Shown: piece by piece, positions 22,449 through 30,138 of the stretch
How the letters are laid out: each line of letters begins with the position of its first letter
How positions within the stretch are numbered: the stretch's first letter is position 1
DNA from: Sarea resinae
Lineage: Eukaryota
Length of the DNA stretch: 30,138 bases
Assembly (NCBI GenBank): GCA_026026165.1
Contig: JAPEUD010000060.1
Span: 124,001-154,138 of the forward strand
Direction of reading: 5' to 3'
Made by a program: the position numbers and the translations under genes
Notes under the pieces: model-generated
Told to the model about the DNA's origin: nothing
The model's database searches: none
What the model saw: the letters and a program-made list of their open reading frames with translations, nothing else

Positions 22449-25400
22449 ATGTTTTCCAATCTCAATCAGTCGAAGCCGGCTGGCTCATCGCTCTTTGGGA
22501 ATTTGGGCGGTTCTAGCCAAGCCCAATCGCAGCCAGGCCAGACAAGCTCTTTATTCGGAGCCAATCCATCTCAGCCCCAACAGCAGCCGCAGCAATCTTC
22601 TCTCTTCTCTCTTGGTGGTGATACGAAACCTCAGTCATCCTCGAACCTGTTCGCTGGAATGGGCCAGTCGCAGCAACCGCAACAACAGCCGCAGCAGCCA
22701 GCGTCAGGAGGCCTTTTCGGCGCATCTACTGCACAGTCAAACCAGCCTGCTCAGTCTTCCCTCTTTGGGGCCCAAGCAAACCAACCGGCACAACAACCGC
22801 TTGGTAGTTCGATTCTTGGTTCTACACAGACACAGCAAAATCAAGGAGCGCAGTCACAGCAGAAACAGAACACCCCCATAGGGTCGCAGCCTGCTTACTT
22901 TGAAAGCTTGCTGGAGCGCGGGCGAAAGCGAAATGATGCCGTCGACAATGGTAATGGGTTTGGGGAATTACCAAGCTTACAGCTTGGGCTTGGTGATATT
23001 GCTAGGAGGGTGAGAGAGATGGGAGGTGCCGCACCGACTCAGCAGGGCAAACGCGTGGATAGCAAAGCGTTAGTAGTGATTGGTTCCGTAGACACACTTC
23101 AGAGGCTGACATTGAGACAAGGCATTATCTTCTCGCTGCATCCGGGATATCGCCCATTTCTGCTCTCCGGGATCTGAACTCCCTAGGCGTACCCTTAACC
23201 GGCGCATCAAGCTTGCAAGCTCCGCCAGCATTCGACACCGACATTGAAGGCTACGTAGCGAATCTTCAATCTCAATCGACTCTAGCAATGATTGCCGAGG
23301 GATTGAACCGTTCAGCCCGAGATTTTGATGCATTCCTTGAAGAAAATGTCACCATGGAGTGGGATGCTCAGCGGCGAAGAATTTATGAGCATTTTGGATT
23401 AGCACCCAAGGGCGCCGACAGACAATCTGATTCTATCGGCAGTCCGAGAACCTCCAGTCCGGCTGCTAAAGGCGGCTTTGGCAGGTCCACAAGACGAGGG
23501 AGAGGCCAGGGTGCCCCTTCAAAGCTGGGAGCATCAGCTGGCGCGAGTGTTTTTGGAGCTTCTGGCATGCAGAAATCTGTAATCGGAGCACCAGGGACGG
23601 CCGCAAATGCTACACTCTTTGCGGACGTGGCAGATAAAGAGATGAGGGGCAGCCCAGGGGTGAACGATCGATTCCTCCGAGAGAAGGAAGGGATGTTTGC
23701 TGAAAAGGTTCAACGCTTCAATGAGGCAAGGCTGCAAGAGAAGTCATATCCAGTGTTGGGAGAATTTTCTCATGTCGAGGGACACGGAGGAAGTGAAGTC
23801 AGTGGCTTTGGGTGCTTTAATAATTCTCTGCTAACTGATGGCCAGACTACTCCTCAGCTCATAGATGCCTACCAGGCTTTGATTGAAATCGTCAACGAGA
23901 AGCCGGCGTCCGAAGACCTGTCTGATCCGAACACCGTCAGGGAGAGGCAATTTGCAGACGAGTACCTAGATGAAACACCAAATTCGGCCAAGACAATTGC
24001 TATTCGTAAGAGGATCATAGACGGTTCAAGAAGATTTTTGGAAAAGCAGTACGTCCAGTAATTTCCTATGTGAAGTATAGATGCTAAAGAGGGTCATAGA
24101 TTCTATCAGCAAATTGAGGCGCTCATCGCAAAGAATCCCAGAGAAGCCAATCTTGGTGGTGTGCCTACTACGATCAACAAAGTTCGAGCGTACATCCGTG
24201 TGCGGACATCGCGAAGGGATTTGATGCCAGAAAACGGAGATCTGCAGATGCTTGGAGACGACTACTGCTGGGTTCTCATCTTCTACCTCCTAAGGTCTGG
24301 CTTGGTCAAGGAGGCAGCGGAATATGTCATCTCAAATACAGGGGCTTTCCGAACGATTGACCGAAATTTCGTGACTTATATAGCCAGCTACGCCAACAGG
24401 ACGGATCGAAGACTGGCACGTTCTTTGCAGGATCGGGTCAATACTGAGTACCAGCAACGTGCTCGCATCGCTCCAGATAACTCGATCGATCCGTATCGGA
24501 TGGCATGCTATAAATTGATTGGCCGTTGCGAGCTCAACAAGAGATCCCTGGAAGGTATCACTCAAGGAGTCGAGGACTGGATCTGGCTGCAATTCAACCT
24601 GGCGCGAGAGGTAAACCGCGTTGAGGAAGTAGCATCAGAGGTTTTCGGTCTTGAGGAAGTGCGAGTCGTCATCCGGGAGATTGGCCAGCGCCATTTCGCC
24701 AGGAGTGCAGAGACCAGTGGCGGATTTGGCACATACTTTTTGTTGCAGATATTAGGCGGCATGTTCGAGCACGCCGTCTCTTTTCTGTATCCACAGTCTT
24801 ACGTATCTGCCGTTCACTTCGCCATTGCTTTGGACTACTATGGCTTGTTGCGCGTGTCAGACTTGGTTGTATCTGATTCGGAGCTTTGTAAGTTCTTAGT
24901 CCCTCTCTTGTCGTGTGATGATCTAACGTTCAAAGTAACCTTCAATACCAAACAACTCCCGCAGATCAGCTTTGGCCGCATGCTTGGATATTACACGCGC
25001 GACTTCCGATCGGCCAACGTCTCGGCCGCGGTCGACTACCTTGCTCTCATCTGTTTGAATTCCGATCTGCCAGGCCAAGGTGGCAAATCGCAGTCTTCAC
25101 TCTGCCACGAAGCATTACGTGAGCTGGTTCTCGAAACCCGAGAGTTTGCCCAATTACTGGGAGATATCCGCTCCGATGGGCACCGGATCAAGGGTGCCAT
25201 CGAGCAGCGGCTCAAGCTCATCAAACTCGCTGACCAGGAGGAGTTTCTACGTACCGTGACAATGCAAGCTGCGGCCGTTGCGGACGATAATGGACGCACG
25301 ACGGACGCGGTATTGCTATATCATCTGGCGGAAGAATACGACAACGTCATCTCCATCATCAACCGCGCGCTCTCCGATGCCGTATCGACGGATCTAGGAC

Positions 25401-26169
25401 AAGAGTCGGTCAAGCTCGTGCCGTTGAAGCCGAGGTCTGCCACTGCTATTGCCTTGCAGCCAAGCCAGCAGCCGTCTCCGCAGGCAAACACCAGTCTGTC
25501 CCTCACATCCGTCGACGACCCGACTCTGCTCGCGCGAAACATGATTACGCTGTACAACAGCAACGCGCTCTACTACCGCAAGATCCCCGCCCAGGACCGC
25601 GATGCATGCGGTGTGCTCTTGCGCATGAGCGAGGCGCGGTCGAAAGTCGAGGCCGGCAAATGGGCCGAAGCCCTTGATGTACGTGTCTGGCCTAGGCCTA
25701 TTTATTCCCTCCCCCCACCCCCCGGAAATACATGCCCGCATCTAGCTCGGTACTGACGCGAAGATTCTCATCCCAACAGATCATATCCACGCTCTCGCTC
25801 CTGCCCCTCACGGCCAACGGGTCCATCCCCTTGATCCGCTCGCACGCCACCACCTTCAACAGCCTCGCGCCCGTTCTCGCCCGCACCATCGGTCCGCTCC
25901 TCACCTGGACCATCACCTGCTGCGCGCGCCAGCGGGAGATCCTGCTCTCGTCGCCCTTCTACGCCGACGGCGCCGGCAAGGCCGGAGTCCTGGCCAGCGC
26001 GAGCCGGGGCCGCGACGCGGGCGAAGCGGGTATGGCCGAGCGGCTGCTGACCACGGCCAAGGATCTCATGGTCTTTGCCGGCTTGATCCGCTATCGGCTT
26101 ACGGCGGGCGTGTTCGAGAGACTGGCTGCCGCGGGCGGCGAGGTCGGTGTCGGCGTCGGCGCGTATTGA
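22449..26169 (+). CDS. NIC96: Nucleoporin Nic96/Nup93 (about 1139 aa)
   Basis: Exons 22449-23068, 23122-23797, 23846-24048, 24100-24887, 24936-25678, 25780-26169. Motifs ELPSLQLGLGDI, KAHYLLAASG, WVLIFYLLRSG, DPYRMACYKLIGRCEL, EDWIWLQF, AVHFAIALDYYGLL, LRELVLETREFAQLLGDI and LMVFAGLIRYRL. Confidence 0.95.
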
Positions 26170-26397
26170 TTGATTGATTGGGGAGGGATTGGTTGGCTGG
26201 CTGGTTGGTTGATTCGTTGATTTGGATCCCATGTGGGCTGGCATGGACGGCTTGTATGTCGCTCGCCTGTGCTATTTCTTCTTCTTCTTCTTCGATGATG
26301 ATTATCATGACGATGGCGATGGCGATGCTCGCTTGAGGGTCAGGTCTTGCATTTGATTGTTTGTTAGTTTTGTTGTTCTTTTCTTCGTGTCATACCG

Positions 26398-26423
<26 letters not shown>
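26165..26423. repeat. Microsatellite cluster downstream of NIC96: (GATT)n, (GGYT)n, (TTC)n, (GTC)8
   Basis: (GATT)n directly at the stop codon, TTC run at about 26276-26293 and (GTC)8 at 26400-26423. Confidence 0.8.
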
Positions 26424-26429
<6 letters not shown>

Positions 26430-26734
26430 ACCACTTTTTCAACTTCGATTCTGTTTTTTCCCCCCTGTTTATATCTCCCTTGGGACTGCGGCCTTTACAG
26501 CTGAAATCAAACTACCGAGCGTCGCGTCTATGACTTCCCTCCAGTCTGGCCAAATGCTCCACCAACCTAGGATCGAATGACTTTCACAGGAGAATGCTAT
26601 ATGTATGTATACCTTTACATGACTCGAAGATGGGCTCCAAGCGAAGCAAAAACGCGGGGTAGATAGATAGAGAGACTCGCCGCGGAGAGGCAGCACGTAG
26701 CTGGGCGCTCCCGCAAACCTGTGTCGCACCCCTT

Positions 26735-26735
<1 letters not shown>

Positions 26736-26810
<75 letters not shown>
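26736..26810. repeat. Poly-C homopolymer, about 75 nt
   Basis: Uninterrupted C run read directly. It generates spurious poly-Pro and poly-Gly ORFs. Confidence 0.9.
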
Positions 26811-26811
<1 letters not shown>

Positions 26812-27174
26812 CGCCCCTTGAGCCCTCCCCTCCAAGCCCCACACGAACCGACCAGATACTCCTAGCATCGTATGAACAAGGACATGCCATCCACCCTTCC
26901 TTCCTATCCAGGGGTTTCCAAACAAACACCGCAAGCACGTTACTCCTACACCCCCCTCTTAATCTCCAGGGGGGATAAGTCATCCCAGCTCTTCTCCCGT
27001 ACCCCCCACCAAAGCTACGTTCCCTGTCCCTTGACGCCGTATGAGTGTGCATCCAGCAAAATATGAACCCAAGCCCTCGAAAAGGATATCTCTGTTGTAA
27101 ATTAGTAGATGTGCGCATCATGACCAAGTGTGGTGCAAAGTTCGATTTACCAAGAAAAGAGGATGAAGAAGCTC

Positions 27175-29118
27175 TCAGCCGCCCAGTCGCCGCCGACGGC
27201 CGCGACTTCCTCCTTCGGGCCGCTGAGCCAAAACATCTCTCAATCGGGGGTCGTCTTTATCTTTGTCGACGTGATGGACTCGGACGTGCCTAGAGAGATG
27301 ATTGATCACGGATTTAGCTTCGGAGCGTCGCCGATGAAGAGGTCAAGACAAACAAACCTTTGAAGATTGTCTGGCCGGGGATACTTGTGTTCGCGATCCT
27401 GACAGAACGGACAGACGTAGCCGGGAGAATCATGGACCAGACCATGTCTGATCATCTCATTTTTTCTTTTGAAGCCCTTGCCGCCCATCCCTCGAGGACA
27501 ACCCTTCACGGGGCAATAGTGCGGTCGACTCTGAGAGTGAACGTTGGCATGAGAACTAGGAGCGGTCAGAAACGTTTGACAGACCAGGGCCGTCTGTTAC
27601 TTGCTTGAGTAGATACTGCGTTTGGAAAGGGGCTGCTGAACATCCTGGATGATCACATTTGAACCCGCCCCCGGGCGTAACTTGCTGTTGTAACGGACGT
27701 CCGGAGGTGGTAAAGTCGATACTCATCCTACGATCAGAAGGTGTCTCGCTGGCATTGGTACTGATACTGGACGGACCATCTTGTGTTGGAGGTGCTGCGG
27801 GGACATATTGTTGCTCGGTGGCATTGAGTGGATTATAAGGAAGGCCAGCATCCGACACCTGAGATGGCCTCCGACGAGAGTAGTAAGGTAAAGAAGCCCC
27901 AGCGTGACTGGCTGCGGATTGGGGCGATCTTGATGGTAGCTCACGACCGGGAAGATAGCGATCCTGGGGGGACTGTTCGCTATATCTGCTGCTAATAGGT
28001 GTAGCTTGGCTCGAAGAATACTGACTTGGACTCTGACTGGCTTGTGCCTGTCCAGTTACGAGCGAAGGCTGTGGTTGAGTCGACATGTAGAGTCGCCCGT
28101 CTTGATTGCTTAAGCTGCGCGGTGCCCCAGGAGGGGACTGTCCAGGTCCTCCGCTGGATGATGAGAATGACTGACGATTCCTAGCGGGCACTCCATTGCT
28201 CTGGCCTCCAAAGGCCTCCTTCCCCACATCTGGTATCTGGTTTGTGATAGACTGAAGGGAAGGCAGACTAAGCTCACCGATTGGCGATCTTGAGCTAGAT
28301 TGTGACGGAGAGATCGCGGGAAGAGTCTGCTGGGGCGATACTTTAGAAGCCGGAAGCCTATGTTGGCGTAGATTTGGGGACGTCGCAAGCGAGTCGGCCG
28401 GCCGGAGAACGGTTGTAGACTCATGAATGAAAGCCTGTTTCGGAGCCGAATCTGTCGGTTCATCTTTTAGTCTCGAAAGAGCGGCTCCACCATCTGCATT
28501 CGGCGGCAGACCAGGAGGAACATCTTCGTGGTCACTGCAAGGCTTTTCATGGTTGGCAGGTCGAATTGCTTGCTCTCTTTCATTATCTTGCGCTGGCAGT
28601 TTCCTGCTCTGATCTTCCAAAACGTTCTCAGGAGCCTCTGTACGTGGTGAGGGGTGCATCGGCTGTACAGCATCTACGAGACGTAAGGCATCTCGAGCCG
28701 CATCTCCCAAAGCAATTTGCGCAGGGCTTACTGAAGCCTCGGGCCTATGTAGAATATTCACTGTAGGTGAGTTTTCATGCGGTACGTCAACTGCCATCTC
28801 GGAGCTCTCAGCGTCGGATTCGGATTCGGATTCGGAATTCAGAGGATTTTCAGCTGCCTGTCGCGCAACGTCTGGGTGTCCAGGACCCAAAAAGTTGAGT
28901 AAGACAGCGTCACCTAAAGAGGGTCGTGTCTTTACTCGATTAGAGCGATTTTTGCCTCGTCTAGAAGACCTAGTACTAACGTTTTCGAACGTAATATGTT
29001 GGACTGGTTGCGGAATCGGTGGAGGAGGGGATGGGGACGGCTGCAACTTGACCCTCGTAGGTTGGAGCTGAGGAGAGAGATTCAGAGCGTCGTCGGAATC
29101 GTAGTTGTCGGTCGCCAC
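27175..29118 (-). CDS. C2H2 zinc-finger protein with three C-terminal fingers, putative transcription factor; start uncertain (about 608 aa from GTG 29118; first ATG at 28797)
   Basis: Exons 29118(?)-27605, 27555-27358, 27289-27175; introns 27604-27556 (GC-AG) and 27357-27290 (GTTTGT..GCTAAA..TAG). Fingers: CDHPGC..FQTQYLLNSHANVH, CPVKGC..FKRKNEMIRHGLVH and CPFC..YPRPDNLQRHVRVHH. Basic tail GSRGRRRRLGG. Long S/P/Q-rich disordered N-terminal region. Confidence 0.87.
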
Positions 29119-30095
29119 CTTTTCCTTAAAAGCGCGGAAGAAGGCCGGAGCCTTCTTTGCGCAAATCTGCTCAATGAAGAGAGATCAGAAAGCTCCTTCC
29201 CCGGAGGCGTTCGTCGAACGCTTGCGGAGGAAAGGTTGGCGCAAGGCGGACCGTCCCCAGCCTATACACAGTTCGAGGCTTATCAAAGAAAGAATGCCTT
29301 CGCACCGGAAGAAGGGCACCTCGGACGCTCAGGCATGCCCGCTACTGGAATGGTTGAACCTGTGAGAATCAGAATTTGCAGCCCCAGAAGAAGTCTCTCG
29401 TCACTTGCAGGTCTGGAGCTAAGTATACAATCAGCAGCTGTAAAGACCAGGCCGCTCTATAAAGGATGCGGGCCAGTCAATGCACGATGTATCGATATAG
29501 ATTCAGCCTTTGAATCGACACACTACCTAGGATGGTAGTAGCAGGAATGGCGGACTAAGAAGAAACGTTAGAATAAACAAACGCTATTCAAAAACCCGAT
29601 TGGTTGTGATGGAGTGGGAAATCAGACTCGTCGAGGGAAAGAGGAAATATGTGAACAGTCATTTATTGCATATTGATGAGGGAGCACCAATGTGACCGGG
29701 CCGATACAAAGAGTTCAAGTACCATACTAGCGTAGATCGTCTGCTTTGCAAAAGGGTCAAGGTCGATTGAAGTTAGACCTCAATGTTGAAAGGAAAATGA
29801 GGGACTATATGGCATCGTGGCGGGAATCGAACAGAGTCGCAAAGAGCGTTGCGCAAAGAAGGAACATGATCGCGAAAGCCGTGGTTAGCCACAGGGATCC
29901 GAGATCCCACTAAACGTACCTAAAGTTGAGCCTCTTGAGGCTGAGAAGCTAAATCGATAGCTTGGTAGCTCGGATACAGAAGAGTAGAAACTCTGATCTG
30001 GGAGGGAGGTGATCAAACAATTTCGTCAACGAGACGATCTTGAAGAATGACAACAATGACTTGCGTGATGAGCCTCCCTCTGTAGCGGGGTATTT

Positions 30096-30136
30096 GGGGG
30101 GGAGGAGGGGGGAGGGAGGGGGGGGGGGGGGGGGGG
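30096..30136. repeat. G-rich/poly-G tract at the window end
   Basis: A-interrupted G runs (GGGGGGGAGGAGGGGGGAGGGA) followed by about 19 uninterrupted G. Confidence 0.85.
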
Positions 30137-30138
30137 AT

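Noticed and set aside
26584..27127. Poly-Gly and poly-Pro ORFs on both strands
   Set aside because: They are by-products of the C homopolymer; the flanking translation is not protein-like.

Overview
This is eukaryotic DNA from a filamentous ascomycete (Pezizomycotina-type short GT-AG introns with CTRAC/CTRAY branch sites). It is a gene-dense housekeeping region with ten intron-containing protein genes, all reconstructed by hand from splice signals and reading-frame continuity. In order: the 3' part of a VNX1-like cation/H+ exchanger (+), COX16 (-), proteasome ATPase RPT6 (+), a rhodanese+PTP tyrosine phosphatase of Pyp1/Ptp2 type (-), an F-box protein (+), EMC10 (-), a ccg-9-like GT4 trehalose synthase/phosphorylase (+), an FGGY pentulose kinase (+), nucleoporin NIC96 (+) and a triple-C2H2 zinc-finger protein (-). 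I found no tRNA, rRNA, transposon or CRISPR. Product calls come from motif recognition only; no database search was run. The most unusual gene is the zinc-finger gene. About 107 protein-like codons lie upstream of its first in-frame AUG, suggesting a GUG start. It also appears to have a long intron- and uORF-containing leader, and it needs a GC-AG intron, with a competing frameshifting GT donor, to complete finger 1. Other points of note are a structured uORF-bearing leader and a perfect CRE upstream of the phosphatase, two 48-nt stopless in-frame introns in NIC96, and a recurrent intergenic GTACGGAGTAC motif. I cannot support a claim of a wholly new multi-gene system.
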